Assembly (NCBI GenBank): GCA_038322875.1
Contig: JBBQGI010000002.1
Span: forward strand, 4,348-68,347
Origin: Candidatus Limnocylindria bacterium
GTDB taxonomy: Bacteria; Chloroflexota; Limnocylindria; QHBO01
Length of the DNA stretch: 64,000 nucleotides
Reading direction: 5' to 3'
The position numbers were made by a program, and so were the translations under genes. Below the pieces are notes generated by a model that was not told the DNA's origin, did not search any database, and saw only the letters and a list, made by a program, of their open reading frames with translations. Positions 38,690 to 48,933 of the stretch are shown piece by piece. Position 1 is the first letter of the stretch, and every line of letters starts with the position of its first letter.

Positions 38690-40255
38690 CTAGGAGCCCG
38701 GCGCCGGCTCTGCGCTGGTGATCGGCGCCGAGTCCTCACCGTCGCGCGGCGGCCCGAGTGCAGCAGCGGTGAAATGCGCGGCGGCATTCCAGATCATCCA
38801 GCCCTCCGCCCCGTTGTCAGAGGCAGCGCGCATCTCATCCAGCACCTGCGCCGCAGTGTATGGCGGGAACTGCCCGAAGCCGAAGTCCTGGATCCACGGC
38901 CGGATCACCATCCGAAGGCCGGTGCGCTCCGCGTTCATGATCTTGAGGGTCTCATTGATCACGTCATACGGGTGGTCATTCGGCTTCGCGAAGCCGAAGG
39001 TGTACGGGCCGTAGTGGCTGGGATAGACCATCGGCGAGAAGTAGTCGACGTACGGCATGATCACCTCCGGGCGCTGCCCAATCCCCTGGTCGTCGGTTGC
39101 GATGAAGCTGATCGGAAAGACGTCAGCCGACAGGAAGGTGCGCTCGGTGGCGAGGGCATCGGAGACCAGGCGGAAGAGGCGCCTGATCGCCGGCAGCCGG
39201 AACGACTGTGTGTTCGGCAGGTTCGTGTCGGCCACGGCGTAGTCGCCGTCGCTGAAGAATCGGACATAGTCCAGCTGCACCTCGTCGAAGCCCTTGTCGG
39301 CGAGGTCGCCGGCCAGGGCCGCGATGTACTCCGCCACACCGGGGTTGTAGGGATCGAGCCAGACCCCGCCCCCGTAGTCCCGCCACGGCTGTCCGGTGGC
39401 GGCGTTCTGCACCGCCAGCTCGGGGCGCTCCTTTCCGAGCGTGTTGTCCTTCATCACGACCATGCGCGCGATGGTGTAGATGCCACGCGCCTTCAGCTGC
39501 GGCAGGACCTGGTCGAGGGAGAGCAGCGGGTGCTCCATCACGGCGCCGACCGCCACCGCCGCGGGCAGGTCGGTCGCCCAGTACAGGTTGCCGTTCGTCT
39601 CCTTGACGTCGATCACCATGGCGTTGGCCTCGGTGCGGTCGAGCAGGTCGAGCTGCGCGTCCAGGCGCCCGGCGCCCTCGAAGATCGCGGCCGGCGTATA
39701 GAGCGCGCGTGCGGCGAAGGGGGTCAGCGCGACATTCTTGGCCATCTCGGCATCGACCGGGATCACGCCAAGCTGGTAGCCGGGCATCTTGTAGATGAGG
39801 GTCCCCTGCTCCGGCACGCCGGGGAGGGCATAGCGCCCCTGGAGATCGGTCTCGACCGACGTGGCCGTGCCCTCCACGAAGATGCGGACCGCGGCGATCG
39901 GCTGGCCGTCGCCGTTGCTCACCATGCCGCTGACCACGTTGGGACGCAGGGCGATGATCATCCCCTTCTCCTGCGGCACGGGGCCTGAGCCGAGATCGAA
40001 CCCGTCCGCCGATGCCTGGACGGTGTCGCCGCGCGATGCGGTGACCGTGGCGGTGCCATCGGCCCCGGTCGTCGCCGTCGACGTGCCGACCGTGAGGTGC
40101 GCATTCGCCAGCGGAGCCTGGTTCGTGCGATCGACCACCGTGACGGCCACATCGTGCGGCGGCTCGGGCGTCGGGCTGCCGGTGGGCGGCGGGGGGCTGG
40201 CGCATGCGCCGAGCAGCAGCGCGACAGCCAGGCCGACGGCGAGGAGGCGCGGCAT
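38690..40255 (-). CDS. lipoprotein with putative glycoside-hydrolase-like TIM-barrel (GHL/DUF4015-like) C-terminal domain
   Basis: Signal peptide with lipobox LLGAC; N-terminal beta-sandwich-like region; family assignment tentative. Confidence 0.55.
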   Translation of the reverse strand: MPRLLAVGLAVALLLGACASPPPPTGSPTPEPPHDVAVTVVDRTNQAPLANAHLTVGTSTATTGADGTATVTASRGDTVQASADGFDLGSGPVPQEKGMIIALRPNVVSGMVSNGDGQPIAAVRIFVEGTATSVETDLQGRYALPGVPEQGTLIYKMPGYQLGVIPVDAEMAKNVALTPFAARALYTPAAIFEGAGRLDAQLDLLDRTEANAMVIDVKETNGNLYWATDLPAAVAVGAVMEHPLLSLDQVLPQLKARGIYTIARMVVMKDNTLGKERPELAVQNAATGQPWRDYGGGVWLDPYNPGVAEYIAALAGDLADKGFDEVQLDYVRFFSDGDYAVADTNLPNTQSFRLPAIRRLFRLVSDALATERTFLSADVFPISFIATDDQGIGQRPEVIMPYVDYFSPMVYPSHYGPYTFGFAKPNDHPYDVINETLKIMNAERTGLRMVIRPWIQDFGFGQFPPYTAAQVLDEMRAASDNGAEGWMIWNAAAHFTAAALGPPRDGEDSAPITSAEPAPGS

Positions 40256-40278
40256 CCCCTCGCGCCCGGCTCGATCCC

Positions 40279-40956
40279 TCATGCCAGCACCTTGGCGGCG
40301 TTTCGCAGCGCGGCAACGACCGGCGCCAGGTCGCCGGCGTTGCGGTAGAGCGCGGATCCGGCGACCAGCACATCGCCTCCGGCGGCGTGCGCCGGGCCGA
40401 TGGTTTCGAGATTCACGCCGCCGTCAATCCCGATCGGCAGCGATAGACCACGACGATCGATCTCGTCGCGGAGCATCGATATCTTGGGCAGGACGTCGTG
40501 GATGAAGGCCTGCCTGCCGCGACCCGGATGGACCGTCATCACCAGCAGCAGGTCGATGGAGTCGAGATACGGCAGCACTGCTGCGGCGGGAGTCTCCGGG
40601 TTGATCGCCAGGCCGGCCCTGCGGCCGTAGCCGTGGATCGCCTCGATCACGGCCAAGGGGTCGTCATCGGACTCGACGTGCGCGACGATCAGGTCGGAGC
40701 CTGCCTCCGCGAAGGCGTGGGCATGCTCAAGTGGCCGGCTGATCATGAGGTGAGCGTGATACGGCACCGATGCCACGGTCCGGATCGACTCGACCACGAC
40801 CGGCCCGATCGTCAGGTTGTCGACGAAATGCCCATCCATCACATCGAGATGGATCGAGTCGACCCCGGCTTCGACGGCCCGCCGCACCTCGTCGCCCAGC
40901 CGTGCGAAGTCGGCGGTCAGCAGGCTGGCGCTGATCTGCGGGGCGTGATCGGTCAT
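40279..40956 (-). CDS. rpe: ribulose-phosphate 3-epimerase
   Basis: SLLTADFARLGDEV, HLDVMDGHFV motifs. Confidence 0.9.
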   Translation of the reverse strand: MTDHAPQISASLLTADFARLGDEVRRAVEAGVDSIHLDVMDGHFVDNLTIGPVVVESIRTVASVPYHAHLMISRPLEHAHAFAEAGSDLIVAHVESDDDPLAVIEAIHGYGRRAGLAINPETPAAAVLPYLDSIDLLLVMTVHPGRGRQAFIHDVLPKISMLRDEIDRRGLSLPIGIDGGVNLETIGPAHAAGGDVLVAGSALYRNAGDLAPVVAALRNAAKVLA

Positions 40957-42095
40957 GCCGATGCCACCTGGATCGCCCCCGCAATCGGCCTGCCCGCCAG
41001 CTGTGCGTGGAGCTGTCCGCAGGCCGCCTCGATCTCGCGGCCGCGCGTGTCGCGCACGGTCACGGGCACTCCTGCCCGCTCGAGGGTTGCCGCGAAGGCA
41101 CGCACTCCGGCGGCCGGCGTGCCGCTCCAGCGGGAGCCGGGGGTCGGATTCAGGGGGATCAGGTTGACGTGGCAGAGCCAGCCTCCGGCGAGCGCGGCGA
41201 GTCCGGCCGCCTGCGCGAGATCGTCATTCATGCCGTCGATCAGGACGTACTCCAGGCTCACGCGCCTGCGGGTTCGGGCGGCGAAGCGCCGACCCGCCGC
41301 CAGGACCTCGGCCACCGGCCACTTTCGATTGATCGGCACCAGCTCGTCGCGCAGCGGGTCGGTGGCGGCGTGCAGGCTGATGGCGAGGTTGACCTGCGGC
41401 AGCTCATCGATCATGCGGTCGATCCCCGGCACGACCCCCGACGTGCTGACGGTGATATGCCGTGCTCCGATCCCCAGCCTTGCCGGGTCGTTGAGCAGCC
41501 GGACAGCCGCAAAGACCCGATCGGTGTTGTTCAGCGGCTCGCCCATTCCCATGAAGACGATGTTGTAATGCCCGCGGCCTGACCCCGGTCGCCAATCCGC
41601 GCCAAGGGCGTGCCACGGATCGCGATGCCAGTGCAGCACCTGGTCGACGATCTCCCCCGCCGTCAGCTGGCGCCCGAAGCCTGCCTGCCCGGTGGCGCAG
41701 AAGGGGCAGCCGACCGCGCAGCCCGCCTGTGAGCTGATACAGATCGTGGTCCGCACGGCGCTCCTTCCGCGAGCCGGATAGCGCATCAGCACCGATTCGA
41801 TGCGCTGTCCATCAGCAAGCTCGTGGACCGCCTTGGCGGTCAGCCCTCCATCGGCAACGAGCACGTGGCTGCCGGCGATTGTCGAGAAGCGGAATTCCTC
41901 CTCGACCGCGGAGCGCAGGGCGGCAGGCAGATCGGTCAGATCGGCCAGGCCGGTGGCAGTTGGTCGGTGCGCTCCGGCAAGCACCTGGCCAACCCTGTAC
42001 GCGGGCTCGCCGCGGGCAGCGAGCCACGCGGCGAGCAGGTTGGGGTCGACCTCGCTGATTGCCGGCGGGGTCCCAGCCATGGGTCGATCAGTCAC
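40953..42095 (-). CDS. rlmN: 23S rRNA (adenine2503-C2)-methyltransferase, radical SAM
   Basis: CAVGCPFCATG radical SAM cluster motif; conserved RlmN length. Confidence 0.9.
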   Translation of the reverse strand: MTDRPMAGTPPAISEVDPNLLAAWLAARGEPAYRVGQVLAGAHRPTATGLADLTDLPAALRSAVEEEFRFSTIAGSHVLVADGGLTAKAVHELADGQRIESVLMRYPARGRSAVRTTICISSQAGCAVGCPFCATGQAGFGRQLTAGEIVDQVLHWHRDPWHALGADWRPGSGRGHYNIVFMGMGEPLNNTDRVFAAVRLLNDPARLGIGARHITVSTSGVVPGIDRMIDELPQVNLAISLHAATDPLRDELVPINRKWPVAEVLAAGRRFAARTRRRVSLEYVLIDGMNDDLAQAAGLAALAGGWLCHVNLIPLNPTPGSRWSGTPAAGVRAFAATLERAGVPVTVRDTRGREIEAACGQLHAQLAGRPIAGAIQVASA

Positions 42096-42843
42096 GACGC
42101 CCCATGATCAGCATGAGGTAGTACAGGAACGTCAGGAGCGCAGCCAGCGCCGCCGCGACATAGGTCCAGGCGGCCGCCTTGAGCACATCGCGGGCGCCGA
42201 CCTGGCGCTCGCCGGAGATCCCGAGGCTACTGACGAAGGCGAGTGCCTTGCCCGATGCGCCGATCTCGACCGGCAGCGTCAGGAAGGTGAAGATCACCGC
42301 CGCCCCGAAGGCGATCAGCCCGATGAAGGCCAGCCCCAGCAGGTTGAACCAGAGTCCGCCGATGATCAGCCACGGGGCCAGCCCCGAGCCGAGCTGCACG
42401 GCCGGGACGATCGTCTGACGGGCCACCATCCACGGATCGCGCTCGCGATCCTGCAGCGCGTGGCCCACCTCGTGGGCGATCACGGCCGCGGCGGCGACCG
42501 AGAGGGTGGCTCCACCACCGGCGTCGTGCGGGAAGCCGACCGCCTGCACGGACGGGTCGTAGCTACCGAGACGCTGTGTGCCGGCGACCGCGGAGCTGAC
42601 GCGCAGGACCTTGCCGCGCGGGTCATAGTGGTCGGTCAGCTGGCCAGCGACCGGCTCGATCTTGACATCGGTGAGGCCCTGCCGATCCAGCAGACGGCGG
42701 GCAAAATCAAAGGCTGAGAGATCGATTCCGGAGTCGACCTTCGACCAGCGGGCGTAGGTCGATCGAACACGCCAGGCCGCCCATCCGGTGATCGCGATGC
42801 TCGGCAGCATCACCAGCAGGATGTACGGCAGAAGACTGCCCAT
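42088..42843 (-). CDS. membrane zinc metallopeptidase (HEVGH motif, neutral zinc metallopeptidase family)
   Basis: HEVGHALQ zinc-binding motif flanked by TM helices. Confidence 0.65.
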   Translation of the reverse strand: MGSLLPYILLVMLPSIAITGWAAWRVRSTYARWSKVDSGIDLSAFDFARRLLDRQGLTDVKIEPVAGQLTDHYDPRGKVLRVSSAVAGTQRLGSYDPSVQAVGFPHDAGGGATLSVAAAAVIAHEVGHALQDRERDPWMVARQTIVPAVQLGSGLAPWLIIGGLWFNLLGLAFIGLIAFGAAVIFTFLTLPVEIGASGKALAFVSSLGISGERQVGARDVLKAAAWTYVAAALAALLTFLYYLMLIMGRRD

Positions 42844-42866
42844 GGTTGTGGTTGCTACCTCCTTGG

Positions 42867-42875
42867 AAGCGCGGC
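42867..42875 (-). promoter_or_regulatory. -10 element GGCTATACT upstream of the zinc metallopeptidase-rlmN-rpe unit
   Basis: Intergenic fmt-peptidase, followed by GGAGG SD. Confidence 0.35.
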
Positions 42876-42927
42876 GAGTATAGCCGAGGCTCCCTGTCCG
42901 CCCGATGAAGGGCAGGTGAAGAAGGCG

Positions 42928-43875
42928 CTATGCCGGGGGCGCTCCACCTCCCAGGAGGAGGTGCTCGCGAGGCAGGCCGCGGCGCCACGCATCGGCCGCC
43001 ATGACCGGCCTCCCCTCGGGTTGCACCCGGTCAAGCGCGAGGGCTCCGTGGCCACAGGCCACCACCGGTTGATCCCCCGGCAGGAGCGCGCCGATGAGAG
43101 CGCCGTCGACCCCGGCTAGGGGGTGCGCGGCGCGGATATGGAGCCGCTTGCCGTCGAGCGTCGTCCACGCCCCCGGCCACGGCTGCAGCGCACGAACACG
43201 CCGGTCGACGACGACCGCGGGCGCGCTCCAGTCGATCCAGCCATCGACGCGCCGGAAGGGCCGGATCATCGTCGCTGTGGCCTCGTCCTGGGGTTGCGTG
43301 ATGGTCGTGCCGGCTGCCCACCGCTCGAGCTCGGACGGGACCTCTTCGGCGGCAAGCGCGGCGAGCCGCGCCTCCAGCTCGGGAGTTGTTTCCCGGCCGC
43401 CGAGCGCCACCGGCCACTGTGCGACGATCGGTCCGGCATCCAGCTGGGGTGTCATCACCATCAGGGTGACGCCCCCGACCAGGTCGCCGGCCAGGATCGC
43501 AGATGCCACCGGCGCTGCGCCCCGGTGACGCGGCAGCAGAGAGGCATGCACGTTCAGCGGCGGACGGGCGGCGAGCGCCAGCAGGTCGTCGGGAAGCAAC
43601 TGCCCATAGGCGACGAGCAGCAGGCCGTCAGGCTGGAAGCCGGCCAGCATGGACCGGCCCTCCTCGGACCGGAGCCGTCGTGGTGTCTCGACGCGAAGGC
43701 CGTTGTCGCGCGCCCAGGCGGCGACCGGCGACGGGCGCATCTGCATGCCGCGCCCGGCCGGACGATCGGGTTGGCTGATGACCAGCAGGTCCGCGGCCGC
43801 CGAGGGCAGTCGGGCGAGCAGCGGTACCCCGAAGGGGCCGGTACCCAGGAAAGCCAGGCGTCCGAGCGATGGCAC
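42928..43875 (-). CDS. fmt: methionyl-tRNA formyltransferase
   Basis: RLAFLGTGPFGVP N-terminus, HASLLPRHRG motif; GTG start overlapping def stop. Confidence 0.9.
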   Translation of the reverse strand: MPSLGRLAFLGTGPFGVPLLARLPSAAADLLVISQPDRPAGRGMQMRPSPVAAWARDNGLRVETPRRLRSEEGRSMLAGFQPDGLLLVAYGQLLPDDLLALAARPPLNVHASLLPRHRGAAPVASAILAGDLVGGVTLMVMTPQLDAGPIVAQWPVALGGRETTPELEARLAALAAEEVPSELERWAAGTTITQPQDEATATMIRPFRRVDGWIDWSAPAVVVDRRVRALQPWPGAWTTLDGKRLHIRAAHPLAGVDGALIGALLPGDQPVVACGHGALALDRVQPEGRPVMAADAWRRGLPREHLLLGGGAPPA

Positions 43876-44381
43876 TAGATGCCCGCGGTCGTCGTCTCCT
43901 CCACCTCGCTCGAGTGGTCGCCGACGCGGACCAGCTCTTCGAGCGAATCGAGGTAGTCGATGTACAGGACGCCGTTCAGGTGATCGATCTCGTGCTGCAG
44001 GGCGCGGGCGAAGAGCTCCTCGCCCTTGACCCGGAGCTCCTTGCCATGACGGTCGCGCGCCTTGACGGTCACCTTGGCACGCCGCCCGACCTCTGCCACG
44101 AAGCCCGGGATCGACAGGCACCCCTCCCAGTCGATCACCTCGCCACTGGCGCGCACGATCTGCGGGTTGATCAGCTCGGTCACCCTGTCCTCGAGCTCGA
44201 TCACGGCAACCTGCAGCGGGACCCCGATCTGGTTGGCCGCCAGCCCGATCCCCGGCGCATCGCGCATCGTCTCCACCATCTCCGCGAGGAGACGGTGCAG
44301 CGAAGCGTCGAAGTGCGTCACCTTTCTTGCACGCGCGCGCAGGATCGGCTCGTCGGCGGTGAGGATCGGTCGGTTGGCCAC
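43875..44381 (-). CDS. def: peptide deformylase
   Basis: GIGLAANQIG, EGCLS, HEIDHLNG motifs; GTG start (V126 of ORF). Confidence 0.9.
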   Translation of the reverse strand: MANRPILTADEPILRARARKVTHFDASLHRLLAEMVETMRDAPGIGLAANQIGVPLQVAVIELEDRVTELINPQIVRASGEVIDWEGCLSIPGFVAEVGRRAKVTVKARDRHGKELRVKGEELFARALQHEIDHLNGVLYIDYLDSLEELVRVGDHSSEVEETTTAGI

Positions 44382-44412
44382 GGCCGCATTGTACCGATCT
44401 GCAGACCGATCC

Positions 44413-46776
44413 CTAGAGCAGCGACTCCGGATCGACGTCGATCGCAACCCCGGCCGGCACGAGCTCCAGGGCCGCGGCGCGACGCGCCTCATCCGCCGCG
44501 CGCAGGACGACCTGGAAGCGCCAGCGACCCGCTCGCCGGGGCACGTACGATGGCAATGGTCCGTGCACCTCGACCCCCGGCATTGCGACCGCCTCGGCCG
44601 CCTGCCGGCCGCGCGCCTCCGCCCGGGAGCGGTCCGGATCGGCAACGAGCAGGCGGGCCAGGACAGTGGCCGGCGGGTAGCCGAGGAGACGGCGGCGCGG
44701 CAGCTCCTGGTCGGCGAAGCCGTCGACATCGAGGCGCGCAGCCGCGCGAATCGCATAGTGATCCGCGGCGTAGGTCTGGATCAGAACGCGACCCGGCATC
44801 GGTCCCCGACCGGCGCGTCCTGCGACCTGGGCGAGCAGCTGGAAGGTGCGCTCGGGCGCCAGGTAGTCCGGCAGGTTGAGGGTCACGTCGGCGGCGATCA
44901 CGGCGGCGAGCGTCACGCTCGGCAGGTCGAGCCCCTTGGCGGCCAGCTGGGTGCCGACCAGGACGTCGACCCGTCCGTCGCGGAAGTCGTCGTAGATCGA
45001 TTCGAAGCCGCGGCGCACCGCCAGCGCATCCGAATCGAGCCGTGAGACGCGCAGATGCGGAAAACGAGCCCGCAGCTCCGCCTCGACGCGCTGTGTGCCG
45101 GCGCCGAAGTAGCGGATCCGGTTGCTCCGACAGTTCGGGCAGGTCTCCGGGGGGCGGGCCGTACGTCCGCAGTGGTGGCAGCGCAGCTGTGCGCCCGCGA
45201 GGTGGAACACGAACGGCAGGTCGCAGTCCGGGCAGCGCAGGCTCTCGCCGCAGTCACGGCAGAGGACGAAGGTCGCCGCGCCGCGACGGTTCATGATCAG
45301 GATCGCCTGCTCCGTCCCCACTCGCAGGCCGGCCAGGGCGCTCGCCAGGGCGCGCGACAAGACCGATCGGTTGCCCTCGGCCAGCTCGGCCCGCAGGTCG
45401 ACGATCTGCACCTCCGGCGCCTGGCCGACGCGGCGCTCGCTGAGTCGCGCACGCTCCGCCATCCCGCCGCGCACCCGGGCGAGAGTGACCACCTCCGGCG
45501 TCGCCGTCCCCAGCACCAGGCGAGCCCCTGTCAGCGCCGCCCGTCGGCGCGCCACCCAGCGCGCGTCGTAGCGAGGCGTACGGTCGGACTTGTAGGCACC
45601 GTCATGCGCCTCGTCGACGACGATCAGCCGCAGGTCGGCGATCGGCGCGAAGACCGCCATGCGCGTTCCGAGCACGACGCGCGCTCCGCCCTCCAGGATC
45701 CGCCACCAGGTGTCGTGGCGCTCCCCCGCCGAGAGCCCCGAGTGCAGCACCGCCAGATCGTCGCCGACCAGCGCCGCCACTCGGTCGGCGAGCTGGGTCA
45801 CCAGCGAGACCTCCGGGACCAGGACAAGGGCGCGACCTCCATCGGCGAGGACCCCTGCGATGGCGGCGAGGTAGACATCGGTCTTGCCGGCTGCGGCAAC
45901 CCCCTCGAGCAACAGCTCGCCGCCCGATCCCATGGCTTCGATGCGGTCGAGCGCCTCGAGCTGCTCAGCCGCCAAGCGGTGCTCGCGCGGCAGCGCGATG
46001 GCGCGATGCGCGAGCGGATCGCGTTCCACCGTCTGCCACTCCAGCGCGGCAGCGCCACGTGCCACCAGGCGGTGGGCCGCCGCCAGCACCGATCCCGGCG
46101 CCACGCCGATCTCCGCGGCCAGGTCGGCGACGCTCACCTCTCGCCCGCGCAGCGCCTCAAGGATCGCGCGTTGGAGAGGGGCGCCACGCGTTGGCGGGTC
46201 CTCGAGGGGTAGCGCACGCAGCACGCGAACGCGCCGTGCCTGCACTTCCGGGGGTCGCAGCGACCACCGCGCTACCAGCTGGCCGGCGCGGCGGAGGCCG
46301 TCGGCCGCCTTGCTCCATTGCGTCCCGAGTGCCCGCTTGAGGGCCGAATCCGCGATCTCCTCGCCGCCGGCAAGGGCGAGGCGCAAGGGCTCGGGCAGCA
46401 CGCTCGGGTCGGGTGCCGTCCAGCGGCGTGCCAGGCGCGATTCCAGGCCGGGCGGCAGCATCGCCGCGATCGACGTGCCGAGCGGGGCCCGGTAGTACGC
46501 GGCGATCTCCTCCGCCAGGACAAGGAGGTCGGGGGTAAGCATCGGGGCCGAGACGACCGCCTCGACCGATCGCAGCTCGATCCCTAGCTCGGCCTCGGGC
46601 GTCCCCGGCAGGAGGTAGCCGAGCGCCAGGCGACGCCCGTACGGCACCAGCAGCAGCGAGCCGGGGGCGGGGCGCCCGAGCTCAGGCGGCAGACGGTAGC
46701 TGAAGGCGCGTTCGGGCCGATCGGCGAGCGCCTCGACCGCGACGCGGACCGTCTCCTCGGCGGCCAGGCCGGCCAC
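44413..46776 (-). CDS. priA: primosomal protein N' (PriA helicase)
   Basis: Helicase core plus Cys-rich zinc-binding insertion CPDCD...CHHCG...CPNC. Confidence 0.9.
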   Translation of the reverse strand: MAGLAAEETVRVAVEALADRPERAFSYRLPPELGRPAPGSLLLVPYGRRLALGYLLPGTPEAELGIELRSVEAVVSAPMLTPDLLVLAEEIAAYYRAPLGTSIAAMLPPGLESRLARRWTAPDPSVLPEPLRLALAGGEEIADSALKRALGTQWSKAADGLRRAGQLVARWSLRPPEVQARRVRVLRALPLEDPPTRGAPLQRAILEALRGREVSVADLAAEIGVAPGSVLAAAHRLVARGAAALEWQTVERDPLAHRAIALPREHRLAAEQLEALDRIEAMGSGGELLLEGVAAAGKTDVYLAAIAGVLADGGRALVLVPEVSLVTQLADRVAALVGDDLAVLHSGLSAGERHDTWWRILEGGARVVLGTRMAVFAPIADLRLIVVDEAHDGAYKSDRTPRYDARWVARRRAALTGARLVLGTATPEVVTLARVRGGMAERARLSERRVGQAPEVQIVDLRAELAEGNRSVLSRALASALAGLRVGTEQAILIMNRRGAATFVLCRDCGESLRCPDCDLPFVFHLAGAQLRCHHCGRTARPPETCPNCRSNRIRYFGAGTQRVEAELRARFPHLRVSRLDSDALAVRRGFESIYDDFRDGRVDVLVGTQLAAKGLDLPSVTLAAVIAADVTLNLPDYLAPERTFQLLAQVAGRAGRGPMPGRVLIQTYAADHYAIRAAARLDVDGFADQELPRRRLLGYPPATVLARLLVADPDRSRAEARGRQAAEAVAMPGVEVHGPLPSYVPRRAGRWRFQVVLRAADEARRAAALELVPAGVAIDVDPESLL

Positions 46777-46781
46777 CGTCG

Positions 46782-47420
46782 TCAGACCTGGACGCGCCGC
46801 GGTGGGTCGCGCCGTGCCTCAGTCTGGATCAGCTCCCAGATCTGTTCCACGGCCGCGTCGGGGTGGCCCGTCTGGTTGACAATCGCATAGTCGTAGTCGC
46901 CCGCCGCGGCCATCTCGGCCTCGGCGTTCCGTCGACGAAGGGCACGCTGCTCCCCGTCCTCCGACCCCCGCTGCTCGAGGCGCTGGTCAAGGTCCTCGAT
47001 CGAAGGCGGCATGATGAAAACGAGCAGCGCGTCGGGAACGAGCTTGCGAACAGATCGAGCCCCCTGCGGATCGATCGTCAGGATCGCGTCGCGTCCCGCC
47101 GCCAGGATGCCGCGGACCTGGTCGATCGGGGTCCCGTACCAGTGGTCGTGCACCACCGCCTGCTCCAGCAGGCCGCCCCGCTCACGCAGCTCCTGGAACT
47201 CCGCGAGCGGCATGAAGTGGTAGTGGACCTTGTCGAGCTCTCCATCGCGCCGATCGCGGGTAGTGGCGGTCACGATCGGCACAACCTGCGGGTGGCGGCG
47301 GGCCAGCTCCGCCACGACAGTGCTCTTGCCGACCCCCGACGGACCGGAGACGACCACCAGCAGTGGATTGGGGAATGCGAGCCGCTTGGCCGTCTTGGGC
47401 GCGGCTGGATCGTCGCTCAA
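46782..47420 (-). CDS. gmk: guanylate kinase
   Basis: SGPSGVGKST P-loop. Confidence 0.9.
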   Translation of the reverse strand: MSDDPAAPKTAKRLAFPNPLLVVVSGPSGVGKSTVVAELARRHPQVVPIVTATTRDRRDGELDKVHYHFMPLAEFQELRERGGLLEQAVVHDHWYGTPIDQVRGILAAGRDAILTIDPQGARSVRKLVPDALLVFIMPPSIEDLDQRLEQRGSEDGEQRALRRRNAEAEMAAAGDYDYAIVNQTGHPDAAVEQIWELIQTEARRDPPRRVQV

Positions 47421-48385
47421 TCCGACTCACCCACCACGGCAGCCCCGATCCCGACCGGCAGGCGATCGCTGGCGATGCCACTCGCCGCGAGCGATGCCGC
47501 GAGGTCGGCCGGCAGCTCGCTCCAGGCGGTCAGGCGTCGATCGTCGAGCGGGCGATCGAGCGTGATGCGAGCGGCGTGCAGAAACTGGCGCTCGAGCCCG
47601 CCGGGGCCGATGCCACCGCCGTAGCGCAGGTCGCCGGCGATCGGCAGCCCCAGATAGGCGAGATGAGCCCGCAGCTGATGCGTGCGACCGGTGAGGGGAT
47701 GGAGCGCCACCAGCGCGTAGCCGTCGCCACTGCCGAGCGACTGGTACTCGGTCACCGCCGCGCGGCCACCGGCCACCACCGCCATGCGCTGGCGATCGCG
47801 CGGGTCGCGCCCGACCGGCGCCTCGATGCGGCCGCGGGGCGCGGGCATCTCGCCGCGCACCAGCGCCAGGTACTCCTTCGCGACGCTGCGCGCACCGAAC
47901 TGGCGCATCAGGCTCGCCTGGGCGGCATCGGTCTTGGCCACCACGATGAGGCCGGAGGTCTGCTTGTCGAGCCGATGGACGATCCCGGGTCGACCGACCC
48001 CGGCGATTGAGCCGAGCGGCTCGCCCTGCGCATCCGCCCGGCCGATCAGGGCATGGACCAGCGTGCCGGTGGCATGCCCGTGGCTCGGATGGACCACCAG
48101 GCCGGCCGGCTTGTCGACGATCAGCATCGCGGCATCCTCATAGGCGATGCGCAGCGGGATCGACTCGCCGTGGAGCGTCGGATCGGGGGGTGCCGAGAGC
48201 TCGACCCGGATCGTTTCCCCGCCTCGCAGCCGATCCGATGCCCGGCCGCGGTGCCCATCTACCAGCGCTCGTCCGTCGGAGATGAGCCGTTGGGCGTGTG
48301 CGCGGCTGATGCCGGCGACCGCGCTCACCGCCAGGTCGAGACGCCCGCCGGCGGCGGGGCCGCTTACGACTCGATCGCCGACCAT
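47417..48385 (-). CDS. rluD: 23S rRNA pseudouridine synthase, RluD/RluA family
   Basis: S4 domain then HRLDKQTSGLIVVAK catalytic motif; start M78 of ORF (alternative GTG at ~48400 overlapping lspA stop). Confidence 0.85.
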   Translation of the reverse strand: MVGDRVVSGPAAGGRLDLAVSAVAGISRAHAQRLISDGRALVDGHRGRASDRLRGGETIRVELSAPPDPTLHGESIPLRIAYEDAAMLIVDKPAGLVVHPSHGHATGTLVHALIGRADAQGEPLGSIAGVGRPGIVHRLDKQTSGLIVVAKTDAAQASLMRQFGARSVAKEYLALVRGEMPAPRGRIEAPVGRDPRDRQRMAVVAGGRAAVTEYQSLGSGDGYALVALHPLTGRTHQLRAHLAYLGLPIAGDLRYGGGIGPGGLERQFLHAARITLDRPLDDRRLTAWSELPADLAASLAASGIASDRLPVGIGAAVVGESD

Positions 48386-48396
48386 GGCAGCATCGG

Positions 48397-48906
48397 TCAC
48401 GCCGGGGCCTCCTCGGCATCGCGGCTGGTGAGCCACAGGTAGATCACGAACGTGGTGAGCCCGACCACGATGGACGAGTCGGCGACATTGAAGGTCGGCC
48501 AGCGCAAGTCGCCGAAGCCGACCGAGAGCCAGTCCGTGACATAGCCCTGCCGCAGGCGGTCGATGAAGTTGCCGAGCGTTCCGCCCAGAACCACCCCGAG
48601 CACCACGTGCACCCACCCGGCGCGGCCGCGCAGGTTGCGGTGGAAATAGGCAACCATCACCAGCGAGACGATCGAAACGGCAATGAAGAGGAGCGAGCCG
48701 CCCTGGAAGAGGCTGAACGCTGCGCCTCGATTCTGGGCGTGCACCACCTGGACCAGGTCGCCCAGCACACTCGCTCGCTCGCCGAGAGCGAGATTGGCCA
48801 TGACGAACGCTTTGCTGACCTGGTCGGCGACCAGGATGGCGACCGCGACGAGCACCAGAATGGCGGTCTTCACGACGCCGCCGCTCTCCTGCCCCACGGT
48901 GCTCAT
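48397..48906 (-). CDS. lspA: lipoprotein signal peptidase II
   Basis: Four TM helices; NRGAAFS and FNVAD motifs. Confidence 0.9.
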   Translation of the reverse strand: MSTVGQESGGVVKTAILVLVAVAILVADQVSKAFVMANLALGERASVLGDLVQVVHAQNRGAAFSLFQGGSLLFIAVSIVSLVMVAYFHRNLRGRAGWVHVVLGVVLGGTLGNFIDRLRQGYVTDWLSVGFGDLRWPTFNVADSSIVVGLTTFVIYLWLTSRDAEEAPA

Positions 48907-48933
48907 GGGACCGATGGTACGCGATGCGAACCT

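Noticed and set aside
39123-40373. 416-aa minus-strand ORF in an alternate frame of the GHL lipoprotein gene
   Set aside because: Arg/Gly-rich out-of-frame translation; overlapping frame 38690-40282 has signal peptide/lipobox and coherent domain content
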